This document shows, in pieces, positions 17,405 through 26,334 of a stretch of DNA of 35,120 nt. A program made the position numbers and the translations under genes. The DNA is from a virus (Duplodnaviria; Caudoviricetes): IMG/VR virus record IMGVR_UViG_3300010376_000089, positions 1 to 35,120 of that record, one strand, 5' to 3'. Each line of letters opens with the position of its first letter. The stretch's first letter is position 1. The notes beneath the pieces are model-generated. The model worked only from the letters and a program-made list of their open reading frames with translations. It did no database searches and had not been told where the DNA came from.

Positions 17405-17583
17405 CCACCGGCACACTGATCCAGATGCGCTGCCCTCGATGCGGTGCGTTCAACTACTACAAGCGTAGGGTGGTCGATGTGGCCTTCCTCAACGATGCCC
17501 GCAACGAACTGCGTAAGACGGAGCGAATGCTGGCTGAGCTCATAGCTGTAATCGAGGAGTGGTCAGGAGAGAAGATCGAATGA
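17380..17583 (+). CDS. Small zinc-ribbon (Com-like) protein
   Basis: IQMRCPRCGAFN followed by a coiled coil. Confidence 0.55.
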   Translation: MDDPAETVTTGTLIQMRCPRCGAFNYYKRRVVDVAFLNDARNELRKTERMLAELIAVIEEWSGEKIE

Positions 17584-18089
17584 ACGGCCTGTCAATAGTC
17601 ATAGCGTCCTCCGGACGGCGCTCCCTGCGCTCGGTAGTAAACGGGATCATGGAGCAGATGCGCCCGGGGGACGAGCTCCTGCTCGACTACAACAACGACT
17701 GCCCCTATGGCAACAAGGCCCGCAATCGGATGATGTTGCGGGCTCGAGAGGGCAACGGCCTTGTCTTCTTCGATGATGACGACCGGGTCCTGCCAGCGGG
17801 ACTCAAGCTGATGCGTGAGGCATTTATCCACGACTCGGACCGCATGCACATCTTCAAGATCCACTTCGCTACCTGGACGCTGTGGGTAGAGCCGGTGGTC
17901 CGTAAGTCCAACGTCTCAACGCAGATGATTGTCGTCCCGGCCTCCTGGGCGATCTGTTCGAAGTGGGGCGATCGCTATGAGGGAGACTTCGACTTCATAG
18001 CTGGCCTGGCTGACCGCTTCGGCCATGACTCGATCGTCTGGCATGAGGAACTGGTAGCGATCCACAACGGGCTACGAGCTGCCGCCTGA
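17580..18089 (+). CDS. Glycosyltransferase family 2 (GT-A)
   Basis: LSIVIAS.GR..L, GNKARN, FFDDDD and EGDFDF motifs. Confidence 0.88.
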   Translation: MNGLSIVIASSGRRSLRSVVNGIMEQMRPGDELLLDYNNDCPYGNKARNRMMLRAREGNGLVFFDDDDRVLPAGLKLMREAFIHDSDRMHIFKIHFATWTLWVEPVVRKSNVSTQMIVVPASWAICSKWGDRYEGDFDFIAGLADRFGHDSIVWHEELVAIHNGLRAAA

Positions 18090-19726
18090 TGCCTGGCCGG
18101 GGGCTATCTCATGTCACCTGGCCCAGTCGTGCAACGATCTCAGTTGGCGGCTTCAACGTCCCCAGTAAGCCCGGGGCTCCTGGGAATGTCGGTGCGCTGG
18201 CGGTAGACAGTGCCGCTTCGGTCTTCTGGGATTACCCCAACGACAACCTCTCCCCGATCACCGACTACATCGTGCTGCCCTACATCGGGGCCACGCCACA
18301 GGCTCCGATCGATACCGGTGGGACTGCCACATCCTTCCTGGTGACTGGGCTGACCAACGGCGTCACCTACACGTTCTCGGTGATGGCGGTCAATGCCCTC
18401 GGGCAGAGCTCCTGGTCCGCTATCTCCAATCCGGTGACGCCTGGAGTCAGCGTTACTTGGTGGGACCCAAGCACGATGTTCGGCAGCTGTAGCTATGGCG
18501 GTGGAGAACGTGCCTCGGGCGTACCACCACCGCCTCGAATCCCTCCACAGCTCAACCTGACCTCGCTGGCCACAGACAACTTCCAGCGAGCCAACGCCAG
18601 CACACTCGGCACCGGCTGGTCGGCATTGCCCAATGGCTCACTGACGATCGCCTCCAACGTCTGTCAGTCGTTCTACAACGGTGGCTTCATCGGCAACTTC
18701 CGTAACACCGAGACCTACGACGCAGATCAGTACAGCAAGATCACCTGCGGCCCGATCAGCTCGAGTGGCAGCGACAGCATCGGACCGATCACCCGCTACC
18801 AGACCTCGAATGGCGCCTATTACACAGCACTCATCAACGGTTCCGTGACACCTTGGGGCACAGTGGCACTCTGGTATTACAACGGCAGCGGCTTTACACA
18901 GGTATCCGACCAGCCTCTCCTCACCGCTGCGACCTCATGTCTCGGCGGCAGCACGCCAGTCGTGGAGTTGGTCTCCGAAGGCAACCATCACACAATCCTG
19001 ATCAACGGAGTCTCAGTAACAGCCGTCTATGACGGCACGATCACAGGAGGCGTGCCGGGGCTGATAGCGATTGGCAATCCTCCCACCGCCACGGCCTGGG
19101 AAGGTGGCAACGCTCATACCGGCGCAGTCGGTGCAGCGCTACAGACAGACAACTTCAATCGCGCTGATGGCGGTGTATCGGTTGGCCAATCTGGCTGGCA
19201 GATACTGACCGGCTGGGCCGCAGGGGCAGGTGATCCGGCAATCGTTTCAAACCAGATCGTAATCACCGGCAGTGCTGGACATAAGGGAGTAGGACGAACT
19301 GAGGTCTACAACAACGACCAGTGGTCTCAAATAGCAATAGGTTCTGCGCAACTGGTCTACGGCCAACAGGGCTACATGGGCCCAATGACGCGGCTCTCAA
19401 GCAATGGGAGCAACGGCTACATAGCAACACTCAACATCACGAGCAGTGGGACCGGCTACGCATATGCGCTCTACAGAATCGACAGCGGCACGAACATTCA
19501 GCTGATATCCATCGATGCCGCAAACCATGCTGGAACTGCGCCCGACCCTGCCGCGACTCCCGCGATGCTGGTCTCAGTCGGAAGTCGACATTCGCTGCGG
19601 GTCGGTGGCTCTGAGATCTTCGCCGTCACCGACGCCACCTATGCAAGCGGCGTACCCGGATTCGGCCTCTATCAGCCATCCAGCGGAACGATCACAGCCG
19701 ATAACTTCGCGTGTGGCAACGTCTGA
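18089..19726 (+). CDS. Virion-associated FN3 plus tandem lectin-like beta-sandwich protein
   Basis: FN3 motif (PGAP.NV...W..P...SPITDY...TGLTNGVTYTFSV.A.N..G.S..S..SN.VTP) followed by two ~190-aa repeats, each starting TDNFxRA and ending GVPG. Confidence 0.8.
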   Translation: MPGRGLSHVTWPSRATISVGGFNVPSKPGAPGNVGALAVDSAASVFWDYPNDNLSPITDYIVLPYIGATPQAPIDTGGTATSFLVTGLTNGVTYTFSVMAVNALGQSSWSAISNPVTPGVSVTWWDPSTMFGSCSYGGGERASGVPPPPRIPPQLNLTSLATDNFQRANASTLGTGWSALPNGSLTIASNVCQSFYNGGFIGNFRNTETYDADQYSKITCGPISSSGSDSIGPITRYQTSNGAYYTALINGSVTPWGTVALWYYNGSGFTQVSDQPLLTAATSCLGGSTPVVELVSEGNHHTILINGVSVTAVYDGTITGGVPGLIAIGNPPTATAWEGGNAHTGAVGAALQTDNFNRADGGVSVGQSGWQILTGWAAGAGDPAIVSNQIVITGSAGHKGVGRTEVYNNDQWSQIAIGSAQLVYGQQGYMGPMTRLSSNGSNGYIATLNITSSGTGYAYALYRIDSGTNIQLISIDAANHAGTAPDPAATPAMLVSVGSRHSLRVGGSEIFAVTDATYASGVPGFGLYQPSSGTITADNFACGNV

Positions 19727-19732
19727 TGGGCC

Positions 19733-19993
19733 ATGAGGAGGATGTTGCGCAGGGAATCACTGCCACCGCTGGCATTGCAGTTACTTGGCGTTGCGATCGT
19801 CATCGCCAGTGTGGTCTTCTACTTCGTCACCCTTCAGGTCTCGCTGTACATCACCGGCCTGGGCTTGAGCCTGGCGACACTGGGCACGGTGCAGAGGTTG
19901 TTCGGATCACCTGAGGAAGCAGCACAAGCCTACGAAACGTCAACCAAGCGCAAAGTAATCTACCTACCCTCGACGGCAGAGGAATCCGAATGA
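19733..19993 (+). CDS. Two-TM membrane protein (holin-like topology)
   Basis: Two hydrophobic segments and a charged C-terminus. Confidence 0.65.
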   Translation: MRRMLRRESLPPLALQLLGVAIVIASVVFYFVTLQVSLYITGLGLSLATLGTVQRLFGSPEEAAQAYETSTKRKVIYLPSTAEESE

Positions 19994-20376
19994 GCACCGA
20001 GACACAAGCACTGACGGAGCTCAGAGATTCACTGCGTCGCTTCCGCAAGCAGATCGTATGGCTGCTGCTGCTGTTCATGATCAGCATGGCCGCTCTGAGC
20101 ATCGCCTCGCTGATCACCAACAATCAGGTCCGTCACGAGCAAGCGCAAATCCAACGCAGCCGCTACCTGGCCGCATACAACACCTGCCAGACTGACAAGC
20201 AGAAACGAGCTGCCTTCGTCCACCAGCTGACGAAGGATTTTCCCACGCAGGTCGGAGACAGAAACTTTCAGCAGCTGGTGGAGTTGATCTCCACGGTCGT
20301 CCCAGATCGAGGCGACTGCCGAGCCTACGCGAAACACCAAACACGACTTCCACAAGATGACAGGGGCACAGCATGA
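19990..20376 (+). CDS. Single-pass membrane protein with extracytoplasmic Cys pair
   Basis: IVWLLLLFMISMAALSIASLI TM, NTC...DC; ATGA overlaps at both ends. Confidence 0.7.
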   Translation: MSTETQALTELRDSLRRFRKQIVWLLLLFMISMAALSIASLITNNQVRHEQAQIQRSRYLAAYNTCQTDKQKRAAFVHQLTKDFPTQVGDRNFQQLVELISTVVPDRGDCRAYAKHQTRLPQDDRGTA

Positions 20377-20573
20377 GATGTTGCAGGAACGCTAGAGAAG
20401 TAGCAGTAGCCATCGTTCTGGTCGGGGTAGCACTGCCCGCCTCGAGCGCTCTAGCGAAGCACTCGAACAAGGTAGCCGCAGCACCCTCTCCAGCTACGAA
20501 GCTGGTGCTGGTTCGCACGTCCGGCAGCAAGCTTCTACCGGTCTTGCCGCCTCCGGCCAAGAAGCATCGCTAG
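20373..20573 (+). CDS. Small secreted basic peptide
   Basis: Signal-peptide-like VAVAIVLVGVALPASSALA. Confidence 0.5.
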   Translation: MRCCRNAREVAVAIVLVGVALPASSALAKHSNKVAAAPSPATKLVLVRTSGSKLLPVLPPPAKKHR

Positions 20574-20725
20574 GCCCTCAGCCACCCGTCGAAAATAGAT
20601 CCACCGGGTCGCCTCGCCTCTGTATGATGCCCCGCCGGTAAGGGCACGGAAAAGGAGGTGGGGCGCACCTCGGATCGGGGCGCAACGTTGAGCCGTTGCT
20701 GCAGTTTCGTATGGAGGTAGAAGGC

Positions 20726-21478
20726 ATGAAGTTCAAATCACTGGTCGCAGCTTTCGCTGCTGCGGCCGTCTCGTCTCTGGCTGTCGGGGGCATTGCGCTG
20801 GCCGCGCAGTCACAGACCCATCACAAGGTCGTCCACCACAAGGGTGGCGGCGAGAAGGGACCGAAGGGCGACAAGGGCGCACCTGGTCCTACGGGCCCTG
20901 CTGGGCCTGCCGGACCCAAGGGTGACACGGGTCCAGCCGGTCCCGCAGGTCCTCAAGGCCTACAGGGATTGATCGGACCAATCGGCCCTGTAGGTCCTGC
21001 TGGTCCAACGGGTCCTGCGGGACCAGCCGGTCCTAAGGGTGACACAGGCGCGACTGGGCCGATGGGTCCAGCCGGTCCAGCCGGTGGCTCGAACGCCAAG
21101 GAGTTCACGTACAAGTCGGACCTCTCAGGCCCGTCGACCGACGTGACCGACCTGGACGGCGTCAAGCTGCTGGCGTCCTGCAATGCCCTTGGTCGACTGA
21201 CCCTGACAGCGGTAGCGACCAACGTCGCTCCGGGAATCCTGACTGAGCGCGATGGCTTGGCATTCCAGATCATCCCGCGTTTCGGTACGGCCAACACGAC
21301 TGGTGCGTTCCTCGTCACACCGCTCTCGAGCGCGAGCTCTCGGGCGGACATTGAGGTCCACTATGTCTCCAACTCCGGACAGGACACCACGATCTCGATC
21401 GCGGCTGCTGACCTGGCGGATGGCCCGAATGGGCTGAGCGAGGCTTGCGTCGTGTTCGGTACAGCGACTACGTTCTAG
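20726..21478 (+). CDS. Secreted collagen-like protein with Sec signal peptide and globular C-terminal domain
   Basis: GGAGG RBS; [26 protein letters not shown] signal; about 26 Gly-X-Y triplets; two Cys in the C-terminal domain. Confidence 0.85.
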   Translation: MKFKSLVAAFAAAAVSSLAVGGIALAAQSQTHHKVVHHKGGGEKGPKGDKGAPGPTGPAGPAGPKGDTGPAGPAGPQGLQGLIGPIGPVGPAGPTGPAGPAGPKGDTGATGPMGPAGPAGGSNAKEFTYKSDLSGPSTDVTDLDGVKLLASCNALGRLTLTAVATNVAPGILTERDGLAFQIIPRFGTANTTGAFLVTPLSSASSRADIEVHYVSNSGQDTTISIAAADLADGPNGLSEACVVFGTATTF

Positions 21479-21552
21479 GGCTATGGCGTCCGAGGGTGGC
21501 TCGGACGCCTGCTTCTATCCCGATTGTGCGAGCTACAGCCACCTATGAGTCG

Positions 21553-21735
21553 ATGGGCGTCGTACACCCGGTGTTGCGGACCTCTCAGCTGGACCACATC
21601 ACGCTGGCGCAGGTTTACGCCTACGTCGAGCAGTGGCTCGAGGTTGCCCGCCCTGAGCGCGGTCTGCTGAAGATTGAGGTCGACTTCAATCCGCCTGTGC
21701 AGCTTTACGATCAGGCGATGCAGGACAGCGTATGA
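21553..21735 (+). CDS. Small hypothetical protein
   Basis: Globular-looking ORF at the end of the rightward cassette; start uncertain. Confidence 0.45.
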   Translation: MGVVHPVLRTSQLDHITLAQVYAYVEQWLEVARPERGLLKIEVDFNPPVQLYDQAMQDSV

Positions 21736-21915
21736 TCACTGCGGGCCGGGCCTACACATATCCCTGAGCGCTCCTTACCGGGCTCTCTCCTCTGGCTCGG
21801 CCCGCCCTAAGACCTTCTAAGGTCCTCTGAGCTCTATTTCGACGGGTGGCACGTTCGAGAGCCTCGGAGGGCCTCAGGAGGGCCCTCGTAGCCTCTGGCG
21901 GCTATTTGTGCCGGA

Positions 21916-22068
21916 CGGGAGGGGTGGCCTCCCGCCCAGCTCGTAAATTCTCGCTTTTCGCTCGGAAATCGGTCGAAATGGCGTTTTGGCCATATTTCGC
22001 TGTCGAGACGGCCATATCGTCGGAAAACGTCGAAAAACTCGATTTTTGACGATTTTTCACGGTTTCTC
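21916..22068. other. Phased A/T-tract (intrinsically curved) non-coding region; candidate genome end/pac site or origin
   Basis: A/T runs start at 21945, 21955, 21966, 21976, 21984, 21994, 22024, 22033, 22042, 22052 and 22063; preceded by the CGGGAGG/CCTCCCG hairpin. Confidence 0.6.
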
Positions 22069-22100
22069 TCGCGACGCGCAGTCCGGGTGCGGTATCCGAG

Positions 22101-22141
22101 TTCGGCGAGACTCGTCGGGTCGCCCCCCGAGTCTCGCCGAA
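22101..22141 (-). terminator. Strong hairpin after 22149..22409
   Basis: TTCGGCGAGACTCG / CGAGTCTCGCCGAA 14-bp perfect stem. Confidence 0.7.
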
Positions 22142-22148
22142 TCGTTAC

Positions 22149-22409
22149 CTACTCGGCCGATGCGGCCGACGCCGCGACGCGGCGCTTGGTTTCGGCCGCT
22201 AGCCGCTGGCGGTACTTAGTGAGTGCCGCGCGCGCGCCGGGCGTGTCCTTCTTAGCCGCGATCGCCTCAGTAGCGGCCGCGACGAAGTCCTTATCGGACA
22301 TGGCCGCTAGCGCGTCAGCATCGGGATAAGTTGTCCCGCTTGCCTTAGCGGTGGCCGCGTCAAGTGCGGTGGACAGTTCCTGCAATTGATCTGCGATTGA
22401 CTTTGCCAT
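22149..22409 (-). CDS. Small Ala-rich helical protein, promoter-proximal family member 1
   Basis: GAAAGGA RBS, its own promoter and terminator; shares a motif with 24584..25078 and 30938..31483. Confidence 0.85.
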   Translation of the reverse strand: MAKSIADQLQELSTALDAATAKASGTTYPDADALAAMSDKDFVAAATEAIAAKKDTPGARAALTKYRQRLAAETKRRVAASAASAE

Positions 22410-22456
22410 TGTGGCTAGTCCTTTCTGGCTATTGCTAGCCGGTTGATGTGCCCCTA

Positions 22457-22484
22457 ATTATACATAGGAACGGACGGTGTGCAA
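22457..22484 (-). promoter_or_regulatory. Strong sigma70-type promoter P1
   Basis: TTGCAC-N16-TATAAT. Confidence 0.8.
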
Positions 22485-22601
22485 GGGTATTTGGTAGAAA
22501 GATTTGATGGTTGAATCGGGGTGGTCGGAGGGCACGAGGAGAGCCTACGATCGGTCGAATCGTCGCTCGTACGTACGCACGTGCATTTGAGCTCTCGTAT
22601 A

Positions 22602-22637
22602 CCGAGTCCGAGTTCCGAGTCCGAGCCGAGTCCGAGT
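22602..22637. repeat. (CCGAGT)n hexamer array 1
   Basis: Six units, preceded by CGCACGT-N9-CTCTCGTATA. Confidence 0.85.
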
Positions 22638-22707
22638 ACAGCGTACGTAGCTACCTACAGGCCACGTGCGATGCAGACTCAGCCTTGAGTATGTGATCGG
22701 TATGTGT

Positions 22708-23061
22708 TTACCAGTGGCGCACCGTCCACGGCCTGCCTGATGTGTGCCACACGTAGCCACTGGCGTCTGACTTGATCATCTGATCGAACATGACGTGCAG
22801 GCCTTGGCTGTAGATGACGAACTGGCCTTGGCACACATAGCCGCTGGTGCCATCGTATGCAGGTACGCACTTGACGTGTGTGGATACCACGTCATAGCCG
22901 TTCAGGCTCATTCGTGTACGTAGCTGCTTGTTGTAGCTGGTGTTGACGTGGCTTGCTACAGAGATCGTTGATCCCATAGCCGTAGCTGCAGGCAACGCCA
23001 CTGATGAGATCGCAACAATGAGAGCGATCGTTCCGAACACTGCACGCATGCTGATACGCAT
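22708..23061 (-). CDS. Secreted protein (signal peptide, Cys pair)
   Basis: GAAAGGAAG RBS before MRISMR; hydrophobic signal; KC...YVC. Confidence 0.75.
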   Translation of the reverse strand: MRISMRAVFGTIALIVAISSVALPAATAMGSTISVASHVNTSYNKQLRTRMSLNGYDVVSTHVKCVPAYDGTSGYVCQGQFVIYSQGLHVMFDQMIKSDASGYVWHTSGRPWTVRHW

Positions 23062-23188
23062 GTTTACTTCCTTTCTGTCCATCTCTGGACACGTTATGTG
23101 GGTTTGTTTTCCAGGGTCGATCTAACGCATCGCCCTTGCAACGCCGTCTGAGCCATTTTCGATTACTACTCAGGCGACGTTGGCAGGG

Positions 23189-23644
23189 CTAGTGCTGTAT
23201 ATACGGCGAGCCTGCGATTGGATTCGGTTTGCCGACGACACCATCCATGATGTAGCCGTCCTTGCACGACACTTGATACTCAGCCCACCAGTTGGTCGGA
23301 CTGAGCTCGTGTGCTGGTCCATCATCGAGCGCCACGCTGGCAATGCCCAAATGCTTTTCGCATGGCTCTTTTTCGACCCAGCGAATTTGTCGGCTGCGAT
23401 TTGCCCAGGATTGCAATTCGCACTGTGCGCAATACGGATGGTGTTGACGCACTGTAGTGGGCGTGGATGGATGCACGATGGCGTTCTTGATCGCGTTGAT
23501 TCCAAACGCCAGCCCAACGATGAACACGAGGAATCCGACCAGGAATTTCGTCCCGGTCGGATCAGCGTTGAGCCGCTTACGTTCCTCGTATCTGTCGATC
23601 TCCCGCAGATCAGCCTGAGTGATGCACCGATCTCGTAGCCACAT
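23189..23644 (-). CDS. Single-pass membrane protein with extracytoplasmic YxVxCxDG domain
   Basis: TM FLVGFLVFIVGLAFGI; four Cys; YQVSCKDG. Confidence 0.7.
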   Translation of the reverse strand: MWLRDRCITQADLREIDRYEERKRLNADPTGTKFLVGFLVFIVGLAFGINAIKNAIVHPSTPTTVRQHHPYCAQCELQSWANRSRQIRWVEKEPCEKHLGIASVALDDGPAHELSPTNWWAEYQVSCKDGYIMDGVVGKPNPIAGSPYIQH

Positions 23645-23647
23645 CGC

Positions 23648-23929
23648 CTAGCTGGCGTCGTCCCACGGATCAGTGTCCGGCTTCGGGAACTGCGGCATGT
23701 TGACCTCGACCGTCATGAAGTGCTCGTTCTGGCCACTGGGGTCGAAGCTGTAGATGCGCTGATCGCCGTCCTGCAGGTTGACCGCATCGCGGCCGATGTC
23801 GATGAATGCAGCCTCGACCGGATTGATCGTGCCGTCCTGGCTGAAGTTGACACGACCGATGGTTACGGTGATGTCAAAGCCCGTCGGGGCTTCGGTGGTC
23901 TTGCGGCTGTACTTAGGGGTGGTCGCCAT
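23648..23929 (-). CDS. Hypothetical protein
   Basis: AGGAG RBS; typical codon use. Confidence 0.75.
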   Translation of the reverse strand: MATTPKYSRKTTEAPTGFDITVTIGRVNFSQDGTINPVEAAFIDIGRDAVNLQDGDQRIYSFDPSGQNEHFMTVEVNMPQFPKPDTDPWDDAS

Positions 23930-23983
23930 TTCTGGCTCCTATCTCGCTCTCTCGAGCGGGTTGAGAACGGCTCCTTGTGAGCC

Positions 23984-24036
23984 GCCCTTGCGATGCTGTC
24001 TGAGCCTTCGAATCACTCAGGCAGCATCGGCAGGGC
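23984..24036. terminator. Long imperfect hairpin (terminator or RNase III-type processing site)
   Basis: GCCCTTGCGATGCTGTCTGAG...CTCAGGCAGCATCGGCAGGGC, about 20-bp stem. Confidence 0.55.
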
Positions 24037-24185
24037 TAGCGCTTCGGCTGGTCTCTGGCGATTGGAATGGCGTCCTTGCCATCCTTGCGTCGGAATTTGC
24101 ACTCGGGGCGATGGAACCGCGCTGCTGTGACGCCTGTGTCGCACGCCTTGCAGCGTTCGAACAGCTTTAGTTGCGGTTCCTTCAT
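24036..24185 (-). CDS. Small zinc-finger protein (49 aa; CKAC...HRPEC)
   Basis: Not in the ORF track; ATGA overlap with the GIY-YIG stop. Confidence 0.6.
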   Translation of the reverse strand: MKEPQLKLFERCKACDTGVTAARFHRPECKFRRKDGKDAIPIARDQPKR

Positions 24186-24511
24186 CGCTTGGCCTCTGCC
24201 TGGCAGACCGGACACACACGGGCGAGACCACCCATGTTCTTGAGTCGGCGCTCCTCGTAGCGGTTGCGGTTCTCCCAGATCCGCACGAGCGTCCAGCCAA
24301 TGCCAGCGGCCTTGACGTACTTGAGCAGGTTCGCGCCTGTACCTGCTTCGTGTTCTGCCAGTCGCTCCTCGAGCTTGCTGGCCCAGCCCATGTAGTGACG
24401 GGCATGCTTGTAGGGTTCATCGAAGTGCAGCAGGTAGACCGTGCCGTCACCTTCGTTGATGAGGACCTCGCTCAGCTTGCGAACGATCTCCTCGGTCATG
24501 AGAGTGGTCAT
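24182..24511 (-). CDS. GIY-YIG family endonuclease
   Basis: VYLLHF...HYMGW...RL..H..G.GA...ERRLK...CPVC. Confidence 0.88.
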   Translation of the reverse strand: MTTLMTEEIVRKLSEVLINEGDGTVYLLHFDEPYKHARHYMGWASKLEERLAEHEAGTGANLLKYVKAAGIGWTLVRIWENRNRYEERRLKNMGGLARVCPVCQAEAKR

Positions 24512-24583
24512 GACAGCCTTTCCGTCTCTTTCGAGACCTTGATTTGTGGAGGGCAGCCGTCGCACTCGGCTGCCCTGTGCTGC

Positions 24584-25078
24584 TTATTCCGTCTCGGCCT
24601 TGATGAAGGCCACAATCTGCTCGGAGGTCTCACCTCTTTGTTCGAGCAGTACGGCGATCTCTGTGGCGTTGCTCAGTGCCACCTTGCGATCGGGCATGTC
24701 CTCTGCCACGACCTTGGCGTACCGTCGCCAGCGCTCGAGTAGCACCTTGTAGAGATCCTCGACTGGACGCTCTGTCAGCGGCACTGGCCTGGGTGTCGGC
24801 GCTTGCTTTGGCTTCTGTGGACCGAGGGTGTCGGCCACAATTGGCGTCGGCGTGCGCTGGCTGACCCAATCTTGTTCGTGCGCCTTGCGGCCACCTTCCC
24901 TGAGCTCGGCGCGCTTGGCTTCACGTTTGGCCAGCCGTTGTTGCCTTGGCGTCTCGGCTGCCTCAGCAGCTTCGAGCTTGCCAAGCAGATCACTCAGCGC
25001 ACTCGGTTCGGCTGGCTTGATCTCAGCGTCGATCAGCTTATTCAGTTGTTCGAGCAGATCCTTCGGCAAGCCACTCAC
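24584..25078 (-). CDS. Helical protein, promoter-proximal family member 2
   Basis: GAAAGGAG RBS; first gene after P2; LTERPVEDL...ALSNATEIAVLLEQRG motif. Confidence 0.8.
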   Translation of the reverse strand: MSGLPKDLLEQLNKLIDAEIKPAEPSALSDLLGKLEAAEAAETPRQQRLAKREAKRAELREGGRKAHEQDWVSQRTPTPIVADTLGPQKPKQAPTPRPVPLTERPVEDLYKVLLERWRRYAKVVAEDMPDRKVALSNATEIAVLLEQRGETSEQIVAFIKAETE

Positions 25079-25169
25079 GGCTTGCTCCTTTCTCGGTCTT
25101 TCGACCGCTCGATATAGGGCTGGCCTGGGCGATTCCCGCAGGTTTTAGCCCTACTGTTTCCTTGCGCGA

Positions 25170-25197
25170 ATTATAGCCCATGACGTGCCTGACGCAA
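25170..25197 (-). promoter_or_regulatory. Strong sigma70-type promoter P2
   Basis: TTGCGT-N16-TATAAT. Confidence 0.8.
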
Positions 25198-25312
25198 TGG
25201 GGTTCGGCAGGACTCGATAGCGGACGCGAGGGGCACGAATCACGTGCCCACGACATAAACCCGGTAGTGGGCTCGGGTCGTCGTCACGCACGTTCGCGAT
25301 ACCTCTCGTATA

Positions 25313-25350
25313 CCGAGTTCCGAGTCCGAGTCCGAAACCGAATTCCGCGT
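25313..25350. repeat. (CCGAGT)n hexamer array 2
   Basis: Three exact and three degenerate units, preceded by CGCACGT-N9-CTCTCGTATA. Confidence 0.8.
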
Positions 25351-25474
25351 CGTTACTGAGCCTGCTTGGCACGCCGTTCGGATCTCCGCTTCTGTGAACG
25401 CCGCTTGGCTTGTTTACTACGATCGCCGTCTTCATCGACTGGACGCATGCGTAGCGTTTTCGATTGTGGTCGCA

Positions 25475-25726
25475 TCAGACGACCTTGAAGCCTGTCGCCG
25501 TGCGCTTGATCGTCCCGTAGAAGTCACGCTTCACATAGGGATCGGGGCCGACGAAAGTGATCGACTGACCAATCTCCATGCCGGTGATCGAACCGCTGAA
25601 GTCGTTGCCGAAGAACGATGTGGCCTCGACCTGCACGGTGTTGGGAGCATTCGCCGCAGCCTCGCGGATTGCCTTCTTGGACTTAGGTCGACTGCTGTTG
25701 ATGAAGATTCCCTGCAAGGGAATCAC
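25475..25726 (-). CDS. Conserved-looking small phage protein
   Basis: GAAAGGG RBS; RPKSKKAIREA...VGPDPY..R.FY. Confidence 0.75.
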   Translation of the reverse strand: MIPLQGIFINSSRPKSKKAIREAAANAPNTVQVEATSFFGNDFSGSITGMEIGQSITFVGPDPYVKRDFYGTIKRTATGFKVV

Positions 25727-25813
25727 CTACCCTTTCTAGCCTGTCGACGGCAGGCTTTACAGCCTCGACCGCCGTTAGGTCTTGTTCTCGACCTTGCGGT
25801 CGCTTGTGGATTG

Positions 25814-25972
25814 CTACAGGCCCGTAACGAGGTGCCAGTAGCGATGAAGCATCGTGAGAATCACCGGCTGATGGCGCTCAACGTACAACAGGTGGTTGTA
25901 TACGCTGAGCGCCGCGCCCATCTGATGATGGCCGTACAGCCAGATCGCACGATGTAGCTCGTTGAAGAGCAC
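25814..25972 (-). CDS. Small His/aromatic-rich protein (52 aa)
   Basis: Fills the gap after 25981..26334; MLFNELHRAIWLYGHH...; not in the ORF track. Confidence 0.45.
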   Translation of the reverse strand: MLFNELHRAIWLYGHHQMGAALSVYNHLLYVERHQPVILTMLHRYWHLVTGL

Positions 25973-25980
25973 TGATCAGA

Positions 25981-26334
25981 TCAGCGCCACGCCTTGAGCA
26001 CGTCACCCGGCTGGAGCTCGAGTAACTCGTTGGACATCTGATCCACGAACCGGTGATGCTTGGTCAGCGTCACCTCGCCGCTGTTGAGCGGTGTGTTCGC
26101 CAGTACGCCATAGGTGCACATCTCGAACGACATGCGCGGGCTAATAGCCGTTGGCTCATCGGGATAGCCCTGAGCGTTGAGCTGGTCACGAACTCCCTGT
26201 GGATCGGTCCACAGCGTGTCCTGCTCGGCCGGTAGATCGAGCACTGAGGCCATTGCCATTGCCGCTACGTGGAAATCCGTCCACGACAGCTTCAGCGGCT
26301 CTCCATCTCGGATGATCTGAGTTGAGAGCGGCAT
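25981..26334 (-). CDS. Hypothetical protein
   Basis: TGATG coupling with the upstream gene. Confidence 0.7.
   Translation of the reverse strand: MPLSTQIIRDGEPLKLSWTDFHVAAMAMASVLDLPAEQDTLWTDPQGVRDQLNAQGYPDEPTAISPRMSFEMCTYGVLANTPLNSGEVTLTKHHRFVDQMSNELLELQPGDVLKAWR

Noticed and set aside
258-19726. Diversity-generating retroelement or invertase-driven fibre switching between the paralogous fibre genes
   Set aside because: No reverse transcriptase or recombinase in the window, and the paralogs are diverged at the nucleotide level rather than differing only at adenines.
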